From contig JBFWWG010000001.1 of the NCBI GenBank assembly GCA_050246315.1, positions 448,001-512,000 of the forward strand: DNA of 64,000 nucleotides. Reading direction: 5' to 3'. Source of the DNA: Nitrospiraceae bacterium (GTDB lineage Bacteria; Nitrospirota; Nitrospiria; Nitrospirales; Nitrospiraceae). The notes under the pieces are model-generated. The model had not been told where the DNA came from, searched no databases, and saw nothing but the letters and a program-made list of their open reading frames with translations. Shown here piece after piece: positions 32,254 to 42,001 of this stretch. How positions within the stretch are numbered: the stretch's first letter is position 1; each line of letters begins with the position of its first letter. A program made the translations under genes and the position numbers.

Positions 32254-33268
32254 TTTCGATATAGGCCTTATTCTTCAGATCGGCCATCCAGGATTGAAAC
32301 AAATCCTCGTTCTTTTGCGCGTAGACGAGGTTTTGGATCTCGGCCTTGACCGCATCGAATGGACGAAACTGTCGGGGCTTCCGTTCTTCCACGCGGATAA
32401 TATGGAAGCCTTCCGGTGTTTCGATTGCGTCGGTCGTTTCTCCCGGATTCATGGCGGCGAGGGCTCGCTCGATCGGGGGCTGCAGTTCTCCTTGGCGGAC
32501 GAGCCCTAGGAGCCCGCCACGGGTGGAGTTCTCGCCGTCCGAATATTGAAGCGCCAGTTCTTCGAATTTTCCGCCACCCTTCAGCACAGCCAGGACCTTC
32601 TCCGCCCTGGCGCGAGTCTCGACGGGAGTTTCGAAGCTGCGCGGACGGATCAAGATCTGGCTCAGGGTGTACTCCTCGGGAAGCGCAAATCGGCTTTCGT
32701 GTTCCTTGAAATAGCGGTGCATCTCCGTCGCGCCGACCGTAATGCCGCTCCGGACTTCGCGATCAACCACTCGCATGAGGATCAACTGCTCCTTGACGGC
32801 TTGAAGATAGCGGGGATCGCTTTCCTTGACCTTCTCACCTTGCTTTTTCAACTCGGCGAGGGAGAGCCGCACCTCGGCGTCTGCGACCTCGACACCCTTG
32901 GATTTGGCCTGCTGAAGTTGCAGCTTGCGTTCGATCATGCGGGTCAGGCCAATGTGGTGTGCCAATTGAAGCCGGCGCTCGCGCTCCTCGCCGTGAAATT
33001 GCTGCGAGATCCGATCAAGATCCGGCTGAATTTCGTCCAGCACCTCGCTCAAGGTGATGACCTCCGAGTTGACGATTGCGACGATTCGGTCTTGCATCCG
33101 CGCGCCGAGTCCCGGAAGCGCCGTGCACATTAACGAGAGCAGGAGCCAGGTGGCCAGCGCGGACGAATACCTGAGGCACAGCAATGAAGCTCGGCCGGAT
33201 GAGGGAAGCTGCTCAGCGGGCCGGTACAGATGTCTCAATCGCATGGCAGAATCACAGGGAACAATCAC
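32243..33268 (-). CDS. SurA-like peptidyl-prolyl isomerase
   Basis: DRIVAIVNSEVITLSE, FEELALQYSD..GGLLG, ETPEGFHII. Confidence 0.88.
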   Translation of the reverse strand: MIVPCDSAMRLRHLYRPAEQLPSSGRASLLCLRYSSALATWLLLSLMCTALPGLGARMQDRIVAIVNSEVITLSEVLDEIQPDLDRISQQFHGEERERRLQLAHHIGLTRMIERKLQLQQAKSKGVEVADAEVRLSLAELKKQGEKVKESDPRYLQAVKEQLILMRVVDREVRSGITVGATEMHRYFKEHESRFALPEEYTLSQILIRPRSFETPVETRARAEKVLAVLKGGGKFEELALQYSDGENSTRGGLLGLVRQGELQPPIERALAAMNPGETTDAIETPEGFHIIRVEERKPRQFRPFDAVKAEIQNLVYAQKNEDLFQSWMADLKNKAYIEIKF

Positions 33269-33356
33269 CCGACCTCATTCAAATAGGAGATGATACCGGA
33301 TTGGAATGGCGTAGAAAACCGGGAATGCCGAAACGGGGGTGGAAGGCGGCTAGGGG

Positions 33357-34319
33357 TCAGCGTCTGACCGCGGCGGTGGATTCACGCGGCGGCTCAGTCA
33401 GATGGTGGGCGGCCGTCGAATACCGGATCGTTGCGGTTTTCTTCAATTCCGCGACGAGATCGTCGAGACGCTGCCGGCGCTTTTCGTTCAAGAGTTCTTG
33501 CCGGAGCCGTTCCCGAATGGCCAGATCCGCCTGGATTGTCTCCTGGTCGAGTGTCTCGACTTTCACCACATAGTAGAGGTCGTCGATCTTCACAGGGTCG
33601 CTGATCATCCCTGGCCTGAGCGACAAGATGAGCGACTCGAGTTCGGGCCGGGCCGTCCCCTTGCGAAGGGGGCCCAAGTCGCCCCCCTTCGTGCGCGTCG
33701 CCTGATCCACCGAAAAGCGGACGGCCAGCTTTCCAAAATCCGCCCCCTCGGCCAGCATGCGCCGAATGTCCTTCGAGGCGAAGATGTTGGCCGAGACGAT
33801 CACGCCCGCCCGCACTTTGGCGGGCAAGAGCAGTTCATGGGCGTGGGAGGCCAGGTACGCGTCCACTTCACTCTTGGACACTTCCACCGAGGTCTTGACC
33901 CGCTGCCGGACCAACTCGTCGAGAATGAGTTTTTCGCGGTACTGGTGGGTCCGATCGCGGATCGATTGGCTTTGATCGAGCCCCAGTTTCTTCGCTTCCT
34001 GCATGAAGAGTTCGTGGGTGATTAATTCCTCCAGAAACTGCCGTTTACCGCCCGCTCTTTCGTAGCGGGCGCGCGTTGCCTGTGCCAGTTCCTGCCAGCG
34101 GTAGTCAAATTCTTCTTGTGTGATCATCCGCCCATTGACGATCGCGACGACCGGTGGGTCGCTTGAAGCCGGCTGGCACCCGGTGACACCGAGGCCGATC
34201 AGCCCAAGCAGACAGGCGTATATGAGCGGCCGGCCCGTGAGCGACCATCTCGTGACGGACGCCACACACCAGACCGCCTTCGCCGCCTTCGTCGAGTTCC
34301 CCGACAATGCTCTGTTCAT
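33357..34319 (-). CDS. PpiC-type peptidyl-prolyl isomerase lipoprotein
   Basis: Lipobox VTGC; FGKLAVRFSVD..KGGDLG, ISDPVK. Confidence 0.85.
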   Translation of the reverse strand: MNRALSGNSTKAAKAVWCVASVTRWSLTGRPLIYACLLGLIGLGVTGCQPASSDPPVVAIVNGRMITQEEFDYRWQELAQATRARYERAGGKRQFLEELITHELFMQEAKKLGLDQSQSIRDRTHQYREKLILDELVRQRVKTSVEVSKSEVDAYLASHAHELLLPAKVRAGVIVSANIFASKDIRRMLAEGADFGKLAVRFSVDQATRTKGGDLGPLRKGTARPELESLILSLRPGMISDPVKIDDLYYVVKVETLDQETIQADLAIRERLRQELLNEKRRQRLDDLVAELKKTATIRYSTAAHHLTEPPRESTAAVRR

Positions 34320-34350
34320 GGAAGATTAGTCGTCCAAGCGGGAGAGGACT

Positions 34351-37300
34351 TCACCTGCGAGGTACTGGTTCACTGGTATCACAGCCCTGGAGGGTTTGCA
34401 AGGAGAGGTTCAATTCCGGAAACAGGGAAGCCCACTCGTCGGTCGGCATCTGAATCTCCACCGAGGTGGGAGTGAGGAACCGAAGCCGCCGGTCGTATCG
34501 GTCCATCAAGGCCTGGACGCCGCGCTCCGGAGGCGAGGCTTTGGGGAGGAAGGACAGGACGACCGCTTGGTGGATGATCTCAACCGACGCAAGCCGGAGG
34601 ACCTTGGCCAGGGTGCGAATCTGCATCACCTCAAACAGGCGTTCGACGGCGTCCGGCAGTGCGCCGTAACGATCCTGCACCTCGCTGTGGATCAAGGCCA
34701 GCTCTCCGACCTTGGAGCAGGAGGCAAGCCGCTTGTACAGCGCCAACCGCTGATGGGCATCGGTCACGTACTCTTCGGGAATGTAAGCCGAGACGTTGAG
34801 GTGCAAGGTCGGGTCCGGCTCCTCCTCGATGAAGTCCCCCTTCAATTGATGCACCGCCTGTTCCACCATGCGCAGATACAGATCAAGTCCGATGGCCGCG
34901 ATATGGCCTGACTGCTGGCGCCCCAGGAGGTTGCCCGCTCCCCGGATCTCCAGGTCAGCCGCGGCGATCCGGAACCCGGACCCCAACTCGGTGAACTGCT
35001 GAATGGCGATGAGCCGTTTCTGGGCATCCGACGTCAATGCGCCTTCGTCGGGAACGAGGAAGTAGGCATAGGCTTGCTGTCCTCCTCGTCCGACGCGCCC
35101 GCGCAGTTGATAGAGCTGGGCCAGACCGAACGTGTCGGCCCGGTTGACGATAATGGTATTGGCGTTCGGAATATCCAGACCCGATTGGATAATGGCGGTT
35201 GCCAGCAGCACATCCGCCTCGCGGTGCAGGAATTTCAGCATCACGGATTCGAGCAACCGACCATCCATCTGTCCGTGCGCCATGACCATGCGGGCCTGAG
35301 GGACGAGCTGCTGAAGCCAACTCCCGGTCTTCTGCAGTGTTTCGACGCGATTGTGGACGAAGTAGACCTGGCCGCCGCGGCCGAGTTCGCGGACGATGGC
35401 GTCGCGTACCGCGGTCTCATTCACGCGCACGACCTCCGTCCGGATCGCCAACCGTCCGGCAGGAGGAGTTTCGATGATCGAAAGATCGCGGACTCCCGAC
35501 ATGCCCATCTGCAATGTGCGCGGGATCGGCGTCGCGGTCAGAGTAAGGATATCGACCTGTGTGCGAAGCTGCTTCATCCGCTCCTTATGGCGGACGCCGA
35601 ACCACTGTTCTTCGTCGATGATCACGAGCCCCAGGTTGCGGAAGGTTACGTCCTTTTGAAGCAGGCGATGGGTGCCGATGATGACGTCGATGGCGCCCGT
35701 GGCGAGGTCGCGAAGAATCGCCTTCGCCTCCTTCGGGCTTTGGAAACGCGAGAGCAGGCCCACCCGCGCCGGGAAGGGGGCGAATCGTTGCACGAAGTTG
35801 TCGTAGTGCTGGTGCGCCAACAGCGTGGTCGGCACGAGGACGGCGACTTGTCGATTGTGTTCCACCGCCATGAATGCCGCCCGCATGGCGACTTCGGTCT
35901 TGCCGTATCCCACGTCGCCGCAGACCAGTCGATCCATCGGTTTTGTGGACGCAAGGTCCCGTTTAATGTCGTCGATCGCCCGCAATTGATCGGGTGTCTC
36001 CTCGAATTCGAAGGCGGCCTCAAACTCGTGCAGCAGCGTCGTCTCCCCGTCGTAGGCCCCGCGTTGCACCACCTCCCGGCTGGCATAGAGCTCCACCAAC
36101 TCGTGCGCCATCTCTTCGATGTCCTTCTTGACGCGCGCCTTGGTTTTCTCCCAGGCCGTTCCTCCTAGGCGGTCAAGTCGTGGGGCGCTGCCCTCCGAGG
36201 CAATATACCGTTGGACCTGGTTGAGTCGGTCGAGCGGGACGTAGAGCGTGTCGTTGCGGGCGTATTCCAGGACGAGATAGTCGCTCTCGAAATCCTGGAC
36301 GGCCAAACGCTTGAGGCCTCGATAGCGGCCGATCCCGTATTGGACATGGACGACATGGTCGCCCTCGTGAAGCTCCTCCAGTGAGGATAGGAATGCCGCG
36401 GTCTTGCTCTTGGGAGGCGGTTTGTGACGAGCGCCCTTGGCGAAGACTTCTTCCTCAGTGATCAGGGACAGACCCTCATCCCCTCCGATGAATCCTGCCG
36501 ACACACCTCCGTCGAGAATGTAGAAAGGGAGTTTCTGTCCTGTGAGGGACCAAGCTGTCGGCGTCCAGCGTGCGGCTGGGAGATCGTGTTCGGCAAACAG
36601 GGCAATGAGACGGTCGACTTGTGCGCGCGACCGAGCCACCAAGATGACGAAGCCGGCATCGCGCAGGCGGTCCAGGAGGGTCAGGGTTTCGATGAAGGGC
36701 GTGCCCCGGAGCCCCAGGCCGGTACTGGCTGGGCTTTGCGCGGGGAACTCCACGACCGGCTCGCATGCCGGCCCGGGTGCGACGACAGACTCCAGCATGA
36801 GCTTGGGCCAGTCTTGCGCCTGTTCCAGGAGGTGTTCCCATAGGCAGTACTGACGATCAGGGGTCGGATAGGATTCCTGTTGCCCCGACTCACTATGGCG
36901 AAGATACTCATCCTCGATCGTCTTCCAAAAAGACCCTGCGGCGTGTGCGAGAGCCGCCGGCTGATCCTGGATCAGAATGGGGGGGCTGTCGAAATAGTCG
37001 AGGAGCGTGTCCATCCGGGGATACCACGAAGCCGCTCGCCATTCGGCATCCGGGTCCAAGGGATGTAGGGAGTCGGGGTCGTCTCCGGGCAAGATGGCTT
37101 CGCGGGCGGGAAGAATCCAGGCCTCGCGGCGCTTGGCCGAGGAGGTTTGCGATTCGATCTCGAAGCAGCGAATGGAATCGATCGTGTCTCCCAGGAACTC
37201 GATCCGTAGGGGGTCGTCATAGGCGGTGGAATAGATGTCGACAATACCGCCACGAATGCTGAACTCTCCGGGAATCTCCACAACCGAGGCTTGGCGATAA

Positions 37301-37815
37301 CCCAGTCGAAGGAGGCGGCCGACCAGATCCTCTCGCCCGAGCGTCTGGTTGAGGGCCAACGACAGGATACTGGTACGGAAGAGCTCGCTCGGCAGCAACC
37401 GCTGGAGAATCGCTTGGCTGGAGGTGACCAGTAACGTAGGGTTGCCTTGTGACAGATGGAGGAGGGCGCGCATCCGTTTCGCGATGACCTGCACATGCGG
37501 AGTCGAGGCCTGATAGGGAAGCAGTTCCCAAGCGGGAAACAACGTCAACTGTTCGGAAGGCAGGCCGAGAAGGTCGTGAAAGAATGACAGGTCATCGAAC
37601 AACTGTTCCGCCGCTTCCTGACTGGCGGTCACCAAGACCCAGGAGCGAGGCAGATGTTCTTGCCGAGGCTCGGGGTTCGTGAGAAGCGTGAGGAGAAAGG
37701 GCGCTCCTGACCCGATGAGGCCCGTGAGGCAGGGGGTCCGAGTTCCGTCCGCCAGTGCTTCTCGGATGGGTCGGAGCAGGTCGTTCCAATACCGGATGTG
37801 AAATGATTCAGACAC
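34351..37815 (-). CDS. mfd: Transcription-repair coupling factor
   Basis: GEFSIRGGIVDI, CGDVGYGKTEVA, LTATPIPRTL, QLRGRVGR, TRCF C-terminal domain. Confidence 0.98.
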   Translation of the reverse strand: MSESFHIRYWNDLLRPIREALADGTRTPCLTGLIGSGAPFLLTLLTNPEPRQEHLPRSWVLVTASQEAAEQLFDDLSFFHDLLGLPSEQLTLFPAWELLPYQASTPHVQVIAKRMRALLHLSQGNPTLLVTSSQAILQRLLPSELFRTSILSLALNQTLGREDLVGRLLRLGYRQASVVEIPGEFSIRGGIVDIYSTAYDDPLRIEFLGDTIDSIRCFEIESQTSSAKRREAWILPAREAILPGDDPDSLHPLDPDAEWRAASWYPRMDTLLDYFDSPPILIQDQPAALAHAAGSFWKTIEDEYLRHSESGQQESYPTPDRQYCLWEHLLEQAQDWPKLMLESVVAPGPACEPVVEFPAQSPASTGLGLRGTPFIETLTLLDRLRDAGFVILVARSRAQVDRLIALFAEHDLPAARWTPTAWSLTGQKLPFYILDGGVSAGFIGGDEGLSLITEEEVFAKGARHKPPPKSKTAAFLSSLEELHEGDHVVHVQYGIGRYRGLKRLAVQDFESDYLVLEYARNDTLYVPLDRLNQVQRYIASEGSAPRLDRLGGTAWEKTKARVKKDIEEMAHELVELYASREVVQRGAYDGETTLLHEFEAAFEFEETPDQLRAIDDIKRDLASTKPMDRLVCGDVGYGKTEVAMRAAFMAVEHNRQVAVLVPTTLLAHQHYDNFVQRFAPFPARVGLLSRFQSPKEAKAILRDLATGAIDVIIGTHRLLQKDVTFRNLGLVIIDEEQWFGVRHKERMKQLRTQVDILTLTATPIPRTLQMGMSGVRDLSIIETPPAGRLAIRTEVVRVNETAVRDAIVRELGRGGQVYFVHNRVETLQKTGSWLQQLVPQARMVMAHGQMDGRLLESVMLKFLHREADVLLATAIIQSGLDIPNANTIIVNRADTFGLAQLYQLRGRVGRGGQQAYAYFLVPDEGALTSDAQKRLIAIQQFTELGSGFRIAAADLEIRGAGNLLGRQQSGHIAAIGLDLYLRMVEQAVHQLKGDFIEEEPDPTLHLNVSAYIPEEYVTDAHQRLALYKRLASCSKVGELALIHSEVQDRYGALPDAVERLFEVMQIRTLAKVLRLASVEIIHQAVVLSFLPKASPPERGVQALMDRYDRRLRFLTPTSVEIQMPTDEWASLFPELNLSLQTLQGCDTSEPVPRR

Positions 37816-37829
37816 GGGATCCGGAAAAC

Positions 37830-38321
37830 CTAGGATGGTTGTGAGCGTATTTTCTCTACTAGCGCGGTGGTCGAAACGCCGGGGACGAGCGGGATTGCGA
37901 GGACGCGCCCACCGCGATCCTCCACGATTTCTCGTCCGACGATCTGTTCTGGCTTCCAGTCCCCCCCCTTCACCAGCACGTCGGGTTGGACCGCCCGAAT
38001 CAATCCATAGGGGTCCGGCTCGTCAAACAGCACGACATAATCGACGCACTCGAGGGCGGCTATCACCTCCGCCCGTTGGGACTCGGGCACAATCGGGCGC
38101 GCCGATCCCTTCTGGAGGCCTCGGACGGAACGATCGGTGTTCACTCCGACTACCAACACGTCCCCCAATCCACGTGCGGCCTGTAGGTATCGTGTGTGCC
38201 CCACGTGCAGAAGGTCGAAACAACCGTTCGTAAATACGATATGCGCGCCGGCCCGCCGCTTGAGATCGAGTTCCCGCACCAGCTCCGCTTCTGAGAAGAC
38301 CTTTGCGTTCATGGACGGCAT
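37830..38321 (-). CDS. rfaE2: D-glycero-beta-D-manno-heptose 1-phosphate adenylyltransferase
   Basis: FTNGCFDLLHVGH, PDVLVKGGDW, GVSTT. Confidence 0.93.
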   Translation of the reverse strand: MPSMNAKVFSEAELVRELDLKRRAGAHIVFTNGCFDLLHVGHTRYLQAARGLGDVLVVGVNTDRSVRGLQKGSARPIVPESQRAEVIAALECVDYVVLFDEPDPYGLIRAVQPDVLVKGGDWKPEQIVGREIVEDRGGRVLAIPLVPGVSTTALVEKIRSQPS

Positions 38322-38521
38322 CTTACCGAGAGTCGGTCTGGAATCCTAGCCCACCATATTCCTGACCGTTTCTGCTGCAACCGCCCTGCAATCCGTGTGA
38401 GCAAAGAGCAACGGGTGAATCGTCACGAACCGTCATGAACAATACGAGCTAGAGGTTTTCCGACTTGTCGTAACTTGTAGCGGAGGGAACCCCGCGTCCT
38501 CTGTCGAGACGATGTCGTTGG

Positions 38522-39244
38522 TTACTCGACGTCGGCCAAGATTTCGAAGGGGAGCCGCAATTGGCCGAGCGGGTCCGCATGTGATGAGACAAGGTCGGGC
38601 TCTTGTTGCCAAGGAGGATTGGGATCAGTCTTTTCTCGGTGCTCGGCCGAGCCGGTGTGGATGCCGATCTGTTCAGGAGCTTCTTTCAAGGGCCCATGGC
38701 ATAAACCGCAAACGTGGCGGCGGGGGTGGATGGTTCGTTTTCGGCGACAATAGATCTCCCCGCATCGCTGGCATCGCCAGGCATATCGTGCTAGGCTCCG
38801 TACCCCATTTGACAGGGAGTGGTAAATGGTAATGCCGAGGAGCCCCTGTCGGTTGATCTCCTTCATCTTTGTTCTAAAGTCGGGGCCGTGGTCGGCCCGG
38901 CGCATGAGAATGTCGTATTGCCATTGATGGATCATCTCGTGGGCCAATGTATTAAGGACGACCCGTTCCCGACTCACTGGTCCGCGCGGAAGCTCCAGGA
39001 GCAAGGGCAGCGACAGTCGGATGCAACGTCGAGCAAGGTCCGGCATCGATTGTGTCGATGCCTCGGTCCGGGGGCCCATCCAATTCATAAAGAGGCCCAA
39101 GGAAGAAGTCAGCCGTCTGCTCCACTGGATAGGGATCGGCGGGAGGCATCCGTCAAAATAGAGGCGATTCAACCGGTTCCAGCAGTCGAGGACATCAAAT
39201 GTTTCAACGAGGACCCGAGGTGTTTCCCGACGTAGGCTGGACAT
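38522..39244 (-). CDS. SprT-like zinc metalloprotease
   Basis: LNRLYFDG.LP, TLAHEMIH, HGPDF, C-terminal CQRC/CGLC. Confidence 0.88.
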   Translation of the reverse strand: MSSLRRETPRVLVETFDVLDCWNRLNRLYFDGCLPPIPIQWSRRLTSSLGLFMNWMGPRTEASTQSMPDLARRCIRLSLPLLLELPRGPVSRERVVLNTLAHEMIHQWQYDILMRRADHGPDFRTKMKEINRQGLLGITIYHSLSNGVRSLARYAWRCQRCGEIYCRRKRTIHPRRHVCGLCHGPLKEAPEQIGIHTGSAEHREKTDPNPPWQQEPDLVSSHADPLGQLRLPFEILADVE

Positions 39245-39511
39245 TTACGCAAACACCGAATGTGAGAGTGTAGGATACATCCTTCAAATTTACACTGGTG
39301 AGAGCCCAAGGATCATTTTTTTCTGACCCTTTCGAGTGAAACTAGCATTTCCAGGGGGTTGATCCCTTTCTCGAGATATCGGTAGAGTAGGTGCCTATCG
39401 AGAGTGATTGAACCCGACGCCTCGACCTGGTTGGGGACCTTCAGGAACACCGCCCTGGGACCGGAGTTGACGAATAGCACATATGGTACCGACAGAGGAG
39501 GACAGAAACAG

Positions 39512-41206
39512 ATGAGCAGACAATCAACGGTACTGCGAATTATCCACACAGTGGCCGCCCTGAGTGTCATTGGATTGTTGACAGCATGCGGAGGAGGCGA
39601 CGACGGGGCTCCTCCTGTCCCACCGACGATCCAGACAACCCTCTTGCAGCCTGCCGATGTAGGGTTGGGCTATTCTGCGACACTGAGCGCCGCCGGCACC
39701 GGGCCATTCACCTGGACGAGAACGAGCGGAGCACTGCCGGCGGGACTGAATTTGGCTACAGATGGTACGGTCTCCGGAACGCCCACGAGTCCCGGCCCAT
39801 CTTCATTTCAGGTTGAGGTGACCGGACCCGGCGGCAAGGACGGTCCTACAAACGTACAGCTCTTAGTCCGTGACAAGGTGTATCCGGCCTCTGTGAACAG
39901 TTCCGGGGCTCAAGGAAACGGAGACAGCGGGTTCAGCCTTCCGCCATCCCGGATCGGCGGTACTCCAAGTTTTAGCCGGGACGGTGGTTACGTCGCCTTT
40001 GAATCACTCGCCTCTAACCTCGTTCCCAACGACACCAATGCTCTGAGAGATATCTTTGTTCATGACCGTCAGACCGGGCTGACAGCAAGGGTCTCGGTGG
40101 CAACAGGGGGGGCTGAATCATTGGGAGGGGCCAGTCAGAATGCCCGCATCACTCCGGATGGCCGGTTCGTGGTTTTCGATTCATTTGCGACCAATCTCGT
40201 TCCCGGCGATACCAATGCAAGCAGCCAAGGCGGGGGAGGACGGGACATATTTGTCCACGATCGAAACAGCAGCACCACCGAGCGGGTCACACTGAACAGT
40301 GCAGGGGATCAAGGGGTCTGCAACGCGCTCCCTGCAGGGGGAGTCGAGTGTAATAGTTTCAGCGGAACGATCAGCGCAGACGGACGGTACGTCGCGTTTT
40401 CTTCCTATGCTCAGAATTTGGCCAGCGGAGTCAATACCTTCTCGAACGTCTATGTTCGTGACCGTCAGAGCCGAACGACGACACGCATCTCACTCGGTGC
40501 GCAACCCAACAACAATACGAACGGCGATAGCCTCGGTGTGATGATCAGCGCCGATGGGAATTATGTGGTCTTTCAATCGGAGGCAAGCGACCTCGTCACG
40601 GACAACCTCGTCGCAGACACGAACGGGGTGTCCGACATTTTCGTCTGGTCCCGGGCGACAGGAAAAATTACGAGGGTATCAACCGGTCCAACCGGAAGTC
40701 TTGCTAATTTGGCCAGCTCTCAACCTTCGATTAGCGCCAACGGCCAGTTGGTCGCCTTTTCGTCTTTGGCTAGCGACCTCGCGACCAACGACAACAACGG
40801 CCAACAGGACATCTTTGTGAAAGCCTGGCAGCCGACGGGTACGGGAACCATCCAACGGGTCTCTGTTGATGTCAGCGGTGTCGAAGGAAACGGAGAGAGC
40901 GCCAATCCGTTCCTGAGCCCGGATGGGATTTTAGTGGTGTTCGATTCGCTCGCATCCAATCTCGTGCAGGGAGCCGCCACAAACGGCAACCGACAAGTGT
41001 TCGTCGCCAACCGAGCCTTCAACACCACCGGGGGGGCCTGGATGAAGCTCATGTCGGCGAGCAGTGCCGGTCTCGATGGCGATCAAGACAGCCGATTCGG
41101 CGCAATCAGTGATGACGGCCGGTTTGTCGGCTTCAGCTCCTTTGCGACGAATCTTTTTGCCGGCGATACGAATGGTTTTGGTGACGTGTTCGTCGCACAA
41201 CGATAG
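39512..41206 (+). CDS. Lipoprotein with putative Ig domain and TolB-like (PD40) beta-propeller repeats, paralog 1
   Basis: Lipobox LTAC; SGALPAGLNL..DGTVSGTPT; repeated ISADGRYVAF.S.A.NLV.DTN...DIFVHDR. Confidence 0.88.
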   Translation: MSRQSTVLRIIHTVAALSVIGLLTACGGGDDGAPPVPPTIQTTLLQPADVGLGYSATLSAAGTGPFTWTRTSGALPAGLNLATDGTVSGTPTSPGPSSFQVEVTGPGGKDGPTNVQLLVRDKVYPASVNSSGAQGNGDSGFSLPPSRIGGTPSFSRDGGYVAFESLASNLVPNDTNALRDIFVHDRQTGLTARVSVATGGAESLGGASQNARITPDGRFVVFDSFATNLVPGDTNASSQGGGGRDIFVHDRNSSTTERVTLNSAGDQGVCNALPAGGVECNSFSGTISADGRYVAFSSYAQNLASGVNTFSNVYVRDRQSRTTTRISLGAQPNNNTNGDSLGVMISADGNYVVFQSEASDLVTDNLVADTNGVSDIFVWSRATGKITRVSTGPTGSLANLASSQPSISANGQLVAFSSLASDLATNDNNGQQDIFVKAWQPTGTGTIQRVSVDVSGVEGNGESANPFLSPDGILVVFDSLASNLVQGAATNGNRQVFVANRAFNTTGGAWMKLMSASSAGLDGDQDSRFGAISDDGRFVGFSSFATNLFAGDTNGFGDVFVAQR

Positions 41207-41232
41207 GTAACGATGTAGGCTAGTGTGTTTTG

Positions 41233-41266
41233 GCCGGTGGCCTCCAAGGGGGCCACCGGCTTTTTT
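41233..41266 (+). terminator. Rho-independent terminator
   Basis: GCCGGTGGCC-TCCAAGG-GGCCACCGGC followed by TTTTTT, just after the 41206 stop. Confidence 0.85.
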
Positions 41267-41286
41267 ATTGGGTTCTTCAGGCTTTC

Positions 41287-41765
41287 GTGTGGGTAGCGAG
41301 GATAGCCCTTGTCGCCTCGGCTGACGAAGGCCGGGCGTCTCCGGGCCTTGCCCTGATGCGATGGTGTCGCCGCCCTCTTCTCATGTCGTCCTGGTGGTCG
41401 CCGCGCCTCTGAGGCCGCGTCGGAGCGCGAAGCCGGCGCGGCGACACCCGAGCCCGGCACCTGACTGGCTTGCGCCCGCCCGGGCCGCGGCCCTCCGCGC
41501 GCCGCCCTTCCAGCCTCGCCTCACGCCTGTCCCGGGGAGCAGAGCGAGGGAGGCCCGCTCGCATTGCCGGAGGATCGGGGCCCCACCGAGGGCACGGCAG
41601 GAAGGAAAGCTGGACCTGGCCGATGCCCCACGGTCGCCAGACCGTGGCGGAGCGAATTCCAGAAGGGTTCCGCCTGCGGAGCCCCGGACGGGTCGATCCG
41701 GGAGGCGCGAGAGCGGGCGTCCCCTCGCCCGCGCCGAGGGTGTGGGTTTTACAAGCAACCCACCC
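41287..41765. other. GC-rich, hairpin-dense non-coding element (candidate ncRNA or non-autonomous element)
   Basis: About 80% GC in 41401-41520 (counted); several stems; GTGTGGGT direct repeat at 41287-41294 and 41740-41747; only low-complexity ORFs. Confidence 0.5.
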
Positions 41766-42001
41766 GATTTCCGGAAGATCCTTTTATTGGCGGTGAACGT
41801 CTGTCATCGAGCTGGCCGACTGCGGTCAGTCCAACCCCATCGTCGTGCCTCCTGTCCTGCAGGGATTCAGGTCATCCTCCCGAGGGAATGCTGACACCTC
41901 CACGGTATAGACGGTTCGGCGGCTTCATAGGACAGTAGCCGCATGCATTGTGAAAGAGACCCGAAACTGTGCATGTCGTACCAACGGGATGGAGGAAACA
42001 C

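Noticed and set aside
35074..36168. 364-aa plus-strand ORF
   Set aside because: Antisense shadow of mfd.
41287..41765. RNase P RNA, tmRNA, SRP RNA or group II intron identity for the GC-rich element
   Set aside because: Hallmark motifs (GAGGAAAGUCC, tRNA-like ends, domain V) were not found by eye on either strand.
41277..41938. Several Arg/Pro/Gly-rich ORFs
   Set aside because: Low-complexity products expected from about 80% GC; no family motifs.
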